In this document: one piece after another, positions 13,679-25,903 of the stretch | How the letters are laid out: each line of letters opens with the position of its first letter | Position numbering within the stretch: the stretch's first letter is position 1 | Assembly (NCBI GenBank): GCA_024137785.1 | Contig: JAHRHZ010000283.1 | Coordinates: 38,444,876 to 38,508,875 of the forward strand | Direction: 5' to 3' | Source: Ginglymostoma cirratum | Taxonomy: Eukaryota | Length of the DNA: 64,000 bases | Notes under the pieces: model-generated | Databases searched by the model: none | The model's input: only the letters and a program-made list of their open reading frames with translations | What the model was told of the DNA's origin: nothing | Program-made: the position numbers and the translations under genes

Positions 13679-16600
13679 TCTCTCTCCCTCCAAGTCCTGG
13701 GACGTATGCCCGTTCTTTCTCCTGTAGCTTTTCCTGGGGCATTTTCACACCCAGTCCAGTTCGTCTGACTCTGCCTCGGATGTTGACAGTGTGTACCAGA
13801 GAATAGCCCGTCTTTTGCGCCCTGAACGTCTTGGCCAAAATTCATCTTCTTCAAGCAATAACAGCATTAAGGCTGTGACATATGCCATGTCCATCTCATC
13901 CTCAGAGATTTCTTTGAAGCTAGATGGGTAGGGAGAACCCCTGGATTCCAACAGCTTTGCTGGATGTTCTGAGGGGCCATCTATGTTTTGCTCCTGCCCT
14001 GTTTGCATGGTTGCAGTTTTCATATGGTCCATGTGCTTGTTTAGGGCTGCCTCTCCAACCTGAACCTTGTACATCATAGGACCTGACCTCACATCAATCA
14101 TGCCTCTTACCCATAGGCCATTCCTGTGATTTCAACACCAAACTTCACTCCTGAAGTAAAGTGCCTTTCTCACTTAGAAGAGTTTTGTGTTCGGTACTGG
14201 CATTCCTGATGCCATTTCACCCTCCCCTGCAGGTCTGGGAAGATCAGATTTAACTTAGTTTGGAGTCTTCTTCCCACTAGCAACTCTGTCAGACCTGTCC
14301 CTGTAGTTGACTGAGGGGCGGTCCTATAATCCACAGGAACCTGGACAGTTTGGTATCAAGCAAATTGTTTCTTTGAGCCTGCCTTTAAAATTTGGAGAGC
14401 TCTTGACGATAGATGGTACGGAGGTGTCCTTACATGCCAAATCCCAATCGACTTTAGGAAGTATTTGAATTCCCTGCTGGTAAATAACAGCCCATTGTCT
14501 GTGACCAACAACGCCAGGAGTCTGTGTATTGCAAAAGGTGTTCACAATTTTTCGAATATCTTCCTCGTGTTTGGCAAATGAACTCTATACATGTCCAACC
14601 ACTTTGAATAAACGTCCACAGCAACTTAAAACATACAGCCCATGCTGGCAGAGTTGACTTGTAACCAAGTCCAGGGCTTACCTGGCCACTCCCACAAATG
14701 CGTGGGAGCTGATGGTGGTAATTTGTGTTCTTGTTGGCTTTTTGGGCACTGCCCCACTCATGTGGCAATGTCAGCATCCAATCCTGGACACCAGACAAAA
14801 CTTCTCGCCAACATCTTCATTTTGGAAAACCCTGGATGATCCTGGCGGACTTCAAGCCAGTATTTGGCGGCAACCTTTGCTTGGGACAATTACTCTTGAT
14901 CCCCATAATGCCATCTTCTCTGCTGATCTTGTCTCACTGGGTTACAAAGGTTTCAATTCTAGTAGTGATGGCCCTTTTGTTTCCCCCATCACCAGCAGCT
15001 GTTTTAGTTTTGCCAGAACAGAACATTTTTGTGTCTGTTATTGTCAGCGGTGATCAGAGGGATGTCCTGAAAGTTTAAAACCAGAAAGGACTCTTCTAGT
15101 TCTGTACCACTGGCAGTGCATTTGCCACAGGGAGGAACCTCAATGCATCTGCATTTGCTACTTGGCCTCCCGGACAGTGTTCCGCCTTGTAATTGTACGC
15201 ACTCAGAATATGAGCCCACTGCTGAATTTGGCCTGAAGGTAAGGGCGGCACAGCACTGTCCTCTTTGTGTATTCCTAGCAGGGGTTTGTGATCATTACTA
15301 TCACAAATTTACAGGTATTAGTGGAACATACTCACACCAAAGATGACCGCCGAACCTTCCTTCTCTATCTGGACGTGTCTTCATTTGGCATCATACAAAG
15401 TCCAGAACACATACGCTATTAGGCATTCCTCTCTGCTGGGCCGCTGGTAAGCCAACACCACTCTGATACCGTACGGGGAGGCATCACATGTCAATACAAG
15501 ATCTCGCTTGGGGTCACAGAATGTCAAAACCTTACAGGATGATAGCTGTTTCTTCACTTCTCCGAAAGATAGGGCTTGACCATTTCCAAAGCAGGCCCAT
15601 TTTTAAGAGATGATGCAAAGGTGTCAGGATGGAGGCCAAATTATGTATGAACTTTCAATAATGGTTCTCGAGCCGAAGGAAAGACCTGATCTCTGGTATA
15701 CATGTGGGAGCCAGGGCACATTTGAAGCCCTCACTTTATCTTCCACTGAGTGTAACCTAGTCTTGTCATCTGTAGCCCAAGTAGGTCACTTAGGGTGACT
15801 GGACCATGCATTTTTTCCTCCTAAGGTGTACGGCCACCTGGGAGAAACATTGAAGGACTATGTCCAAGTTCTCTTAAGTGCTCCTTATTGGAGTTCCCTG
15901 TTATTAGCACATCATCTAGATAAATGGTGACCTGTGACAGACCTTGTAAACTGTTTTCCATCATATGCTGAAGAATTGCACTGGCTGACAATTCCCCAAA
16001 TGTCAGTCTAGTATATTGCTACAAACCCTTATAAGTATTAACTGTAGCATTACTTCTGGGAATCCTCATCTAACCGCAACAGCAAGTACACATGCTCATG
16101 TCCAGCTTTGTGAAGGGCAGCATCTCCCCTCCACACCCCACCTACACCCCCGCCCCGCTAGCTTTACATATAAATCCTATAGGCGAGAGATTTATCCAGC
16201 CGTGATAAGTGGTTTACCATTTGTTCAAAAATCCCCACAGGGCTTCACTAGCAGTACAACCAGTGCTGCCCATTCCGCAAACCGGACTGTTTTAATGATA
16301 CCTTCATTTTCCAGCCTCCGATTTCTGCCTGTACTTTTGCCCATAAGGCAAATAGCACTGGGCAGGCCTTGCAGAATCATGGAATTGCTTCATGGTCAAC
16401 ATGCAAGGCAGCCTTGGCTCCTTTGATAGTCTCTAGACCTTCCTGTCAAACTTTCGGGTATTTAATTAGGACTTCACTCGGTGCCATTTTCTAATCAAAA
16501 AATATGGAGCCATTTTTCTTTAAGTGAATCTTTCTCGGGTAATCTCGCTCTATCAAGCTTGGACCTGAGCCTTTTGCTACAATTAGTGCTAAATGAGCCA

Positions 16601-17334
16601 GGTGCTTCTCATAAGAGACCAGAATCAAAGTTGTACTTGTAATCTAAGGTTCCCTGGATACGTTCTCAGGTCACTGAGGTCTTGTGCAAACTTAAGGGGT
16701 GGAGTCTGGAATGAGTTTTGTTAAAGACTACTTCTGCGATCACTGAAACTGCTGCTCCAGTACTGACCTCCACTAGGGGTGACCAGATGTTTATTTTGAC
16801 TGGTTCTGGTTTTGTTCCAAACCAGATGTAGGTGGACTTTCCAGGGTGTGCACTCTCCTGGATACCAGTCTATGAGTTCTCATAATCAATTTAGGTCTCG
16901 TGGGACTCTTGCTGTCTCAAGCCAGCATACTGGCAGCAACTACAATTGCTGGCTGGCCCGGATCCTGTAGAAAATTTTAACCGTTTGGCCGAATATTGGC
17001 TTTGTTTTGGGGTTTTGCTGTGGGCTGTTCGAGAGTTCCTCTGTTCAAGATATGTCCTGAGTGAGGCTTTGCAATTACTTTTAATCAAGTGATGTTCCCC
17101 AGGCTCAGCTGGACTGGCAAGAGTGTCCACTTCCATCAGAATACTCTGCAACTCACAGGTTTCACTTGCCACATTTTCCAATGATAAAGCCAGTTGTAGG
17201 GCCTGTTTGAAGTCCAATTTGGCTTCAGCAAGTAGGTGCTTTTACATGATTACATCTTTAATCCAACATACCAAACGGTTTCTCAGTATCTCTGTAAGTG
17301 TTAAATCAAAGTCACATCCCACTCTCGTCATCAC

Positions 17335-17604
17335 TGAAATAACTCCACAGAGGCTGGTATCCCATCACCAAGTCACCATTTATTTACACATGGAAAGTCC
17401 TTGAATTGATCCAGCTTCCTCGGACCCAGCTCTCAGAGTGAACAGAACCTCTGACACTCCTGTTTATATCTGTCAGCCAGGGGTCCCTGATTGGACCAGA
17501 CTAACAGTTAGTTTGAGTAGTCTGCAGATGGCTGATTAACAGCCCCAATCGGAGAACTCACATTCTATGAAGTCCAACTGGCTGACTTTGTTAAAATCAC
17601 TTCA
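17335..17604 (-). repeat. Gypsy 5' LTR
   Basis: TG...CA termini, followed on the minus strand by the PBS-like sequence; diverged homolog of 13446-13678. Confidence 0.85.
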
Positions 17605-17637
17605 TGATATCATGATATTTGCTCCAACCTAAGCACA

Positions 17638-17860
17638 GTGGATAAGGGGAAATTGGTGCCCTGCTTTGTAGAAAAGGATCTGGAACTCCTGGTGGATGGA
17701 TTAGTGTACAGAAAGGCTTTAAGGACTGACAAACAAGGCCACAGTACTAGACCTTACTAACCTGGGTTGCCACCTGGGTCAGTGCAGTCTCAACAATCCA
17801 GAGGAATGCTCAGCAATGCAGGAAGAAGATTGATTACCTTCTCTGCTCTACTAGGGTTGG
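17638..17860 (+). pseudogene. Myb/SANT-like DNA-binding ORF fragment of a PIF/Harbinger transposon
   Basis: Translates KGKLVPCFVEKDLELLVDGLV...VATWVSAVSTIQRNAQQCRKKIDYLL, the F...DL..L / VS...R...QC.KK pattern of Harbinger Myb-like proteins; frameshifted. Confidence 0.7.
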
Positions 17861-18718
17861 TGCTGGGTGTCCATGATGGAGGTCTGGAGGAGCAAGCGAC
17901 AAGCTGGAGTCACCAGACACCTACTTCTGACTTTCATATCAGGACTTTCTGACATCTAGCTTCTATCAGGTGGGTTGGAGAATGGGTGACTGCATATTAC
18001 TGAGGTAAAATTAACATAATTAGGGTGATAATGAGTGATAAGCACTGCTAATAGGCTGTTTGATGCTCACACATGAAAATTTCATCTTGATGCCTGGGAC
18101 TTGTTTGGAGAATGTAACTATTTGGTCTCTGTGTCGAAAAGGGAATCACTCAATTTCTCGCTAGATTTTCCCAAATTTCGTACCATAGCCCATGTCATCC
18201 AGGGCCAGGAAGGATTCCACCCTATAATTCTAGCTAGCTTTTTCTTGGATTTCAATTCTCCCATTCCTTATTAATCTTTTAGCTATTCTTTGCTTTTTTT
18301 TTTTAAATATTCTGCCCAATCTTGACCTACTAGCTATCTTCGCATAATTATATTCTTTCTCTTTAAGTTTGATATCTTTAACATTTTTAGTTAAGCAAAA
18401 ATGGTAGCTATCTGCCTGAAATTTTTCTGTCTCATGGTAAGTATCTATTCTATGTATTCCAAAATATCTCCTTAAATGTCTACCACTGCATCTCTATTGA
18501 CCTATTCACTAAGCAAATTTGCCACTTCACTTTAGATCTCTCTGCCTTTATGCCGAATAACTGTCCTTATTTAAGCTTAAAACACCAGCCTTGGACCCAC
18601 CCTTCTCTCCATCAAACTCATAAACTATAATTAATTCACTGTTGTCAGAGGGAATCCATATCTATCAGATTATTAATAATCCTATCATAGCACAATACCA
18701 GATCTAGAATAGCCTACT

Positions 18719-19041
18719 TAAAAAAAAACCAAACGAACTGCGGATGCTGTAAATCAGAAACAAAAACAGAAATTGCTGGAAAAGCTCTGTAGGTCTTTGT
18801 GGATAGTTTCTTAAAACAGCATGTTCTAGAGTCAACCACAGAGTTGGCTATTTGACAACAAAAATACAAATTGTGATAAAGGCTCAAGGGGTCTGGCAGC
18901 ATCTGTGAAGAGAAATCAGAGTTAACATTTCGGGTTGAGCTCCCTGTGGTTCTGAGGTAAGTTTCTCATTAATTCTGATTTATCTCCACTGATGCTGCCA
19001 GACCCCTTGAGCCTTTATCACAATTTGTATTTTTGTTGTCA
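18719..19041. mobile_element. Inverted (tail-to-tail) Penelope pseudo-LTR mini-element
   Basis: Two opposed PLE tails joined at degenerate hammerhead remnants (about 18925-18965); TSD aatagcc(t/a)act at 18708-18718 and 19042-19052. Confidence 0.75.
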
Positions 19042-19098
19042 AATAGCCAACTCTGTGGTTGACTCTAGAACATGCTGTTTTAAGAAACTATCCACAAA
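18796..19098. repeat. Perfect 108-bp inverted repeat with 87-bp spacer
   Basis: 18796-18903 is the exact reverse complement of 18991-19098 (read base by base). Confidence 0.95.
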
Positions 19099-20949
19099 AT
19101 ATTCTAAGAACTTCTAATCCGGGCTATTTTATTCAGACTGACTCTTCCAATTTATATGTAGATCAAAATTCACCATGATGATTGTTGTACCTTTCTGGCA
19201 GGCTCCCATATTCAGTACATCACTCTCCACTGTGCTAATACTATTATTAATTAATAAAACCATCCTTCAATCTTTTCCTGGTTTCCCAATCTTCCTACAT
19301 GTAATGTACCCTTCAATATTCAGGTTCCAATCAATGTCATCCTGCAGTCACGTCTCTGTAATGACAATCAGATCATCATTATTTATTTCTATTTGTACTA
19401 TTTCTTCATCTATTTTGTTTTGAATGCTATGTGCATTGAAAAGACTTCAGTTTTGTACTTTTCTTATTTTGTACTCTGTAATTTTATCTGTTGATTTCTC
19501 TTTGATTTGTACTCTCTCCCTTCCTGCCATGCCCTATTTCTCATTTCCCACATTAATACTTTTCTCTCTTGTCTGTATTCTTTAATTTACCACATTTTCT
19601 GAGATTTGAGCTTTTCCCTACCATGTGGTTTACTCTACTTCGCTAGAAACTCACTAGAACACTCAGCACAATTAGGTGCACGCCATTCCAATGATACAGC
19701 TCCTATCTTCCCCAGTACTTGTGCCAATGGTCTATGAACCAGTACCCAATTCTACTACACCAGTTGTTCAACCACACATTTATTTTTCTAACCCCATTTG
19801 CCCTATGTCAATTTACATGTGATTTAAGTGTTAATTTAGAGGTTATGCCTTTAAGGCTCTAATTCTTAATTTGGTATCTATCCTCACATACTGACTATGC
19901 AGAACTTCTTTCTGCCCCATGTCTATGGTAACTTTATGGAACATAACGACATTGATCTTTCCCATCCACTTTAAGATCCTATCCTGACCTGAGCAGATCC
20001 TGGCACCAAGCTTTGTTGCAGGGCACAATGTCAATCTCCTTCATTATACTGTCTCCTACATTTCACTTACTTGAAGGGCTTCTTGTACCTTTGTGCTGTG
20101 GTCAGGTAGCTAATAACTTTGCAGCTCCCACTCTCATCCAAACAAGCTGAAAGACGCTCAAACTCAACAAGTACAAAGGCTGAGGCTCCCACACACCTGA
20201 CCTCTAGATCTTGTTACCTATCTCAGTTGCAGCCACATTCCCCTATTCCCGACCACTGATCAAACTGAAAGGCCTATCATAAAGCAGATGACTTGTACTT
20301 TGTAAAAAATATTCAGGTAATTTTTTTTTCCCTCTCTAAGGTGTCAAAGCATCTGAAGCTCTGGCACCAGTTCAGTGGCTCTGGGCTGCAAACAGTCACT
20401 GACAGACATGTTTATTCTGCAGCACGCTGGCCTCTAGAAGGTCCCACATGCAGCTGCTGTAACACATCACCTTTCTTGCTGTCCTTAATTTGTTTTAACT
20501 AAATACTTTATGTATATATTTATCTAGCCACAAGTTCCTGCACAATTTTATTTTTAGGAATAGAACAGCCCTCAAACAATTAACAGATAGACTGGAAGAA
20601 GTGTATCGTCTCCTCCTGTTCCTTTTTCTCATATTCTTACCAACTACACTTATCTTCCTTGTTTAATTTTTGTAAGGATTTGGTGTCACCAAGTACTTAA
20701 GAATTATAGAACTCAGTGACTCAATTATCCTTCGGAGTGCTTTCACTGCCAGAACTCTGCCCAATGGATCATCTATCCACTAGTTAACCCAGCCTCATTT
20801 CCTGCATCTGACCTCACTAATGATGCTGTCTAGGGTCCTGGCTGGATGTCTGTTTTATAAAATGAGCTGTTGAAAGGCAGGTCTTCTGCTCATTTTTCAC
20901 ACTTCAAGGTTTACTCATTCCACCTCAGTGGCTTCTCATGTTTAAGTTG

Positions 20950-21660
20950 ACTCATTATTATTCACCAACTTCTTCTCATCATGGTTCCATCACTTCCTTC
21001 AGAAATTTCTAAGCCTTAGAGTTTGGCCAATCCAACCTTGTTGTTCTTTCTTGATGATATCTGCTAACAATACTTCCTTCTCCACTATCCATGCTTTTGT
21101 GTTCTCTCCAATTGACCTACTCAATCCTTTTTAACAATAACTTTTCTAGTTTTTGGAAGTGTGCTTTACTAAAGTTCATATTTTAGCCTCACATAGCAAC
21201 ACTCAAATTTAATTATTCTTTCAAGTCACTATTCATTCCAATGGTAAGCAATTCTTTACGTTTGGCGAGTTCATTATTTCCCTTTGCTATTCTAGCCCTG
21301 AATTTTTTAAAATGGCATTAACCATTTTCTAATAAGATAGTTTCAATTGTAAAACTATTCAGCTGTTGCCAATTTATCTTTACCTCTGCATCCGCACTAT
21401 AATTTTTTCTAATATTATTAACTTTTGTCTCTTTCAATTAAATCTTATTCTGTAAACTTTCATTACTTCATTCACTCTTTAATTAGTATTTGTACATTTA
21501 TGTACTAGTTATGAGAGTCTGGTCGCTACTTTCAGCAAGTGACCTCTTATTTTGAAACCTGCCTGTTCTTCACCTGATTCTTCTTTTACAGTATCGTCCA
21601 CAGAAATGTTAAACAGCTTTGTATCACCCCATGCCAAGCACTGAAGGGGTGTTGAAGAGA
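20950..21660 (-). mobile_element. Old RTE-like LINE remnant (RT C-terminal region)
   Basis: Minus-strand fragments LFNISVDDTVKE...GFKIRG, VLLCEAKI*TL (cf. VLLYGAETWTL) and DIIKKEQQGWIGQTLR; very decayed. Confidence 0.5.
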
Positions 21661-21669
21661 ATTTATTTT

Positions 21670-22290
21670 CATTCAGAGAATGGGAAGTTCTGAAGCTAAT
21701 GCTCTGAGAACGTTGGCAGAGTCAGAAAACCTAACCACACTTAACAAATGCTTGGATATGTTCAGTGCAAGCCACATAACTTGCAAGACTACAGAACAAA
21801 AGCGGGAAAGTGGAATTAGCTCATTTTGACCTGTCATGATTAGCCAAACAGCCTCTTTCTGCACCATAATTGTCAATGATCTTTTTTTTAAAAATTCATT
21901 CACAGAATGAAGGCATCACTGGCTAGGATCTTAGAGCCTTGACAGGGTAAAATGTAGAGAGGTTGTTTCCCCTTCTGGAAGAGTCTGGGACCACAGGGCA
22001 CAATCTTTGAGTAAGAGGTCAATTATTTAAGACAAAGACAAGTAGGAATTTCTTCTTTCAAAGGGTATTAAATCTGTGGAATTCTTTACTGCAAAGCACT
22101 GTTAAGGCTGAGTCATTCAGAATATTCAAAACTGAGTTAGACAGATTTTTAATTAGGAAATAAATCAAGGATTATAGGGGAAAAGGCAGGAAAGTAGAGT
22201 GGAGAATTATCAGATTAGTGATAATCTCATTGAATGGTGAAGCAGAGTCAAAGGGTTCAATGGCCTACATGTGCTCGTACATCTTATGGA
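21670..22290 (+). mobile_element. CR1 3'-end fragments
   Basis: aggaatttcttctttcaaagggtattaaatctgtggaattct... and tail match CR1 3' ends at 41500-41885. Confidence 0.65.
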
Positions 22291-22894
22291 GGTGAGGAAT
22301 GGGGTTGCTGCTGTTAGTCCACCAGCTGTTGCTCCTCTTATTCTTAATCAGCTTTCCATGGGAGAACTGCATAAGTAGCTCCTATGCTGCTGGGATGACT
22401 AACGTCTTGGAAGTGAAGGCCAAAGACAAAAATCTCCCCTGCATTCCTGTGAGCAAAACCCTGTCAACCTGGGCAAGGGGGCAATTGCCATATCTCAATA
22501 TTTAAAGTCTTTGTTGCCTGTCACTTGATCAATCCCTATTGTCCTCTTATTTTGTTTTACCTGGCAAATTCCAGGAAACCCATGTATTGAAGGTAAAAGG
22601 CAAAATCCTGGGAAAAGCTTTTTAATTATAACTTAACATTTAAATATCTGATCCTACTATAAGAAGGGCATTTCCCACACAATGGAGAACAGGTTTAGGT
22701 TGAAGGCGGAGTTAATGAGTTCCTGCTAGCATTCCAACACATTGTTGATAAGCCTTGAAATTGTAAAAACAAAGCAGCAGAGTTTAGCTGATTCGGTGCC
22801 TTCAGATGGAAGTGCCATAGGCTGCAAGTGCTGAAGAAGAGATCCAATACTTGGAAATTCATAAGATACCACCTGAAATAATGGTGCATCATCA

Positions 22895-24310
22895 TGGAAT
22901 CGAGAATCATACAGCACAGAAGAAACGCTACAGCCCATCGAGTCTGTAGTGGCTAAAATACACTATTACCTTCACTCGTCCCATTTTCTTATACTAGGCC
23001 CATAGTCATGAATGTTATGACACTTCAAGAGTTCAGCAAAGGACTTTTTAAAGGTTGTGAGGTTTTCCACCTCAACTGCCCTCCCAGTCAGCACATTTCA
23101 GACCCTCACCAGCCTCTGGGTGAGAAAGTTTCTTGCTCAAATTGCCTCCAAACCTCCTGCCTTTCACTTTTAAATTATGCCCCCTTGTTACTGACCCTTT
23201 GACTAACACGAGAACAAGTGCTTTCTATTTACTCTGCTCGTGCCCCTCATAATCTGATATACCTCTGTCAGGTCCCTCCTCAATCTTCTCTTCTCCAAAG
23301 AAAACAATCTAAGTTTATCCAGCCTCTCTTCAAAACTGAAATGCGCCATCACAAGCAATATCCTGGTGAATTTCCTTTGCACACCTCCAGCATAATCACA
23401 TCCTTCCCACAGTGTGGTGACCAGAACTGTACATCGTACTCAATGTGTGACTGAATTAAAATTCTGTCCAGCTCCAACATGACTTCTCTGCTTTTCTAAT
23501 CTATGCCACAACTGATAAAGGCAAGTGTCCCATATCCCTTCTTAACTAACCTATTACCTTAACCAGCCACCTTCAGGAATCTGTGGTGAAGCACCCTAAG
23601 ATCCCACATGTCCTCGGAGCTCCTAGTGTCCTGCTGTTCATTTAGTACTCTGGATCCCATGAGCTTTTACCTTCTTTATCAGTTTCCCACGTGAGACCTT
23701 GTCAAAGGTCTTGCTGAAATCCATATTATCAACATTAAATGCTCTCCCCTCATCAAAACATTTGATCACCTCCTTGAAAAGTTCCACCAGATTTTTTAGG
23801 TAACATGTGCCTCTGACAAAACCATGCAGGCTATTTCTGATCAAACCTTGCCTCTCTATCTGACAAATAAATTTTCTTCTTCACTATTTTCTCCAGTAAT
23901 TTCCCCAACACTGAGATCAGATTCACTGATCTATAGTTCCTGATTTATTTACACTGCCTTCTTGTAAAATGGAATCACATGTGCTGTCCTTCGGCACCTC
24001 CCCTGTGGCCAGATTTGATTTAAAAATTTGGGTCAGGACACTTACAATTTCCTCCTTCATCTCCCAATGCAGCTTGGGATACAAGTCATCCATACATGGG
24101 AATTTACCAATTTTAATTCCACCAAATATCTCCTCATTCCTTATATCAATCTGCTCAAGAACTTCACAGTCCACCTCCTCGAGTTCTGTACTTGCATCCT
24201 TCTTCTCCTGAGCAAAAACAGATGTGAAATACGTATTTAACACTCTACCAATCTCTTCCAGCTTCATGTACAGATTGCTCTCAGGGTTCCTAACAGGCCT
24301 CACTTTCTCC
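22895..24310 (-). mobile_element. CR1 LINE 3' half (RT pseudogene)
   Basis: HGFVRGTCYLKNLVELF...MDFSKTFDKVSRGKLIKKVKAHGI; GRVLNTYFTSVF...LATGEVPKD; CR1 3' UTR near 22900. Confidence 0.88.
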
Positions 24311-25209
24311 ATCATCATAAGGACCTGAATCATTACTACAATGTCAGTACACAAGATTCCTTAGAAAATGTACTGTGGTTAGCATGTAAATACCAAATGT
24401 GCAATTCTGCAACTTAAGAACCTTCCCTCTAGATTTCATTAATGCTGGACAGCCTCAGCTGACAGACCAAGAAAGTGAACAAGATTCAACTGCAATAGGA
24501 TGTGCAGGGTATTGAATGAAAGACTTATACTTTTATGTCAAACACTTTTTTTGCATTCATAACTATTTATAAAAGCCAAGACTTGAGATCGACATATTAT
24601 GCTTAGAATAGAGAGTGATTTGAAGCAATAGTCAAGAATGGATTTTCATTTTTGGTAGTGGTTTTCTTAAATATAAACCATGATTGATTCAAGTCAAATC
24701 GTGCAGGCAAGATTCATAAGGAAGATTGTGTGCTTTTATTTTTATACATGCACATTATTATTTTCCAATCAACAATTCTTAATGTTTACACGGTCTAAAA
24801 TTTGAATGCTATTACTACATTTGGGGTGCCTTTGTTTTATTCAGACCAGAAGTATAATTAAAGACTTTTGCATCAAGCTTCTACTAACCTTCAGCCCCCT
24901 CCCCTTTGCTATGCTTTTTAAATTTAATCAACGCTGCTACAGACTGCGCTTCTCCAAATTTTCTTCCCTAAATCATCCTGATCTGTATTTATGCTGTCAT
25001 TTTATCCTACTGCATAATCTGCCTAGACCCTTCAACTTGGTTTAAAAAACCAGAAATAAATATTAATTGTCAGATTTTTAAATTTTACAATATTTACACT
25101 GATAATACTGAATCACTTATTTTTGATCGATTTGATATGAATTAACTTGAGAAAAAAAACTGCAATAAACAAGCATGTTGGTTACCATTAAACAAATATG
25201 TTCACCCAC

Positions 25210-25398
25210 CAGTTTTCCTCTTTGCTGCGCTGATCTTGTTTCCCTTAGAGTATACACATCTCCACAAACAGAAATTTCCCGCCATATCCCAGGCTTGGAT
25301 TCTTCTGTAAAGCCTCCCCTAGGATGCATCACTAATACTCCATTAGTTGTTAACCCATCCATGTGGCCATCAGGATTTTTCCATTTAGCAGCTTTTTC
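25210..25398 (-). CDS. PELI2: Pellino-2 internal coding exon (189 bp; equivalent to mammalian exon 5)
   Basis: EKAAKWKNPDGHMDGLTTNGVLVMHPRGGFTEESKPGIWREISVCGDVYTLRETRSAQQRGKL; acceptor tag at 25401-25399, donor gtgggt from 25209; phase 0/0. Confidence 0.96.
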
Positions 25399-25584
25399 CT
25401 ATAAAAGGTAACAATATGAATGTAAAAAATACAAGTTATATTTTAACAAAAAAAGTTATATTACCTGTTATAATAAAACATTAGATGACAAAATGGTTTT
25501 TGCTTAATTAAAAAGGTATAGAACAATAAAACCCAAAGAAAGATGGTTGTGGTTGCTGAAGGCTAATTATCTCAGTCAAAGGCA

Positions 25585-25903
25585 TTCATAGATCATATCA
25601 CTGAATCCCTACAGTGTGGAAACAGGCCCTTTGGCCCAACGGTTCCACACTGACCCTCAGAGCATCCCACCCAGACCCATCACCCTATGACCCACATAAT
25701 CTACACATCCCTGAACACTACAGGCAATCCACCCAGCCTGCACTTCTTTAGACTGTGGGAGGAAACCGGAGCACCTGGAGGAAACCCACACAGACATGGG
25801 GAGAATGTGCAAGCTCCACACAGACAGTCACCTGAGGCTGGAATTGAACCTGGGTCCATGGAGCTGTGAGGCAGCAGTGCTAAACACTGAGCCACCATGC
25901 CGC
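25585..25903 (-). mobile_element. HE1-like tRNA-derived V-SINE
   Basis: A/B boxes (TGGCTCAGTGTTT / GGTTCAATTCC), V-domain (tgtctgtgtggagcttgcacattctcccc...gggtttcctccaggtgctccggtttcctcccacagtc) and CR1-derived tail (gggccaaagggcctgtttccacactgtag). Confidence 0.9.

Larger units (their letters stand above)
13446..17604 (-). mobile_element. Gypsy/Ty3 LTR retrotransposon, decayed provirus with both LTRs
   Basis: Minus-strand order: gag fragment (DFKQALQLALSLE), protease (LVEVSTGAAVSVI, about 16740-16775), RT (VTIYLDDVL, about 15905-15930), RNase H (LTCDASPYGI, about 15470-15500), integrase (about 14300-14900). PBS-like TGATGACGAG follows the 5' LTR; polypurine tract GAGGGAGAGAGA at 13679-13690. 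Confidence 0.92.
18230..20480 (-). mobile_element. Decayed CR1 LINE (endonuclease region and ORF1) hosting an inverted mini-PLE
   Basis: Parallels 900-2340 and 12600-13400 (e.g. ttcaatattcaggttccaatcaatgtcatcctgcagtcacgtctctgtaatg). Confidence 0.65.

Noticed and set aside
25117-25362. 81-aa ORF starting MDGLTT as a standalone protein
   Set aside because: Internal Met of a PELI2 exon; homology extends upstream to the acceptor at 25399 and stops at the donor at 25209.
25830-25903. tRNA gene
   Set aside because: The A/B boxes belong to the SINE head; it continues into a V-domain and LINE tail, and no full cloverleaf is evident.
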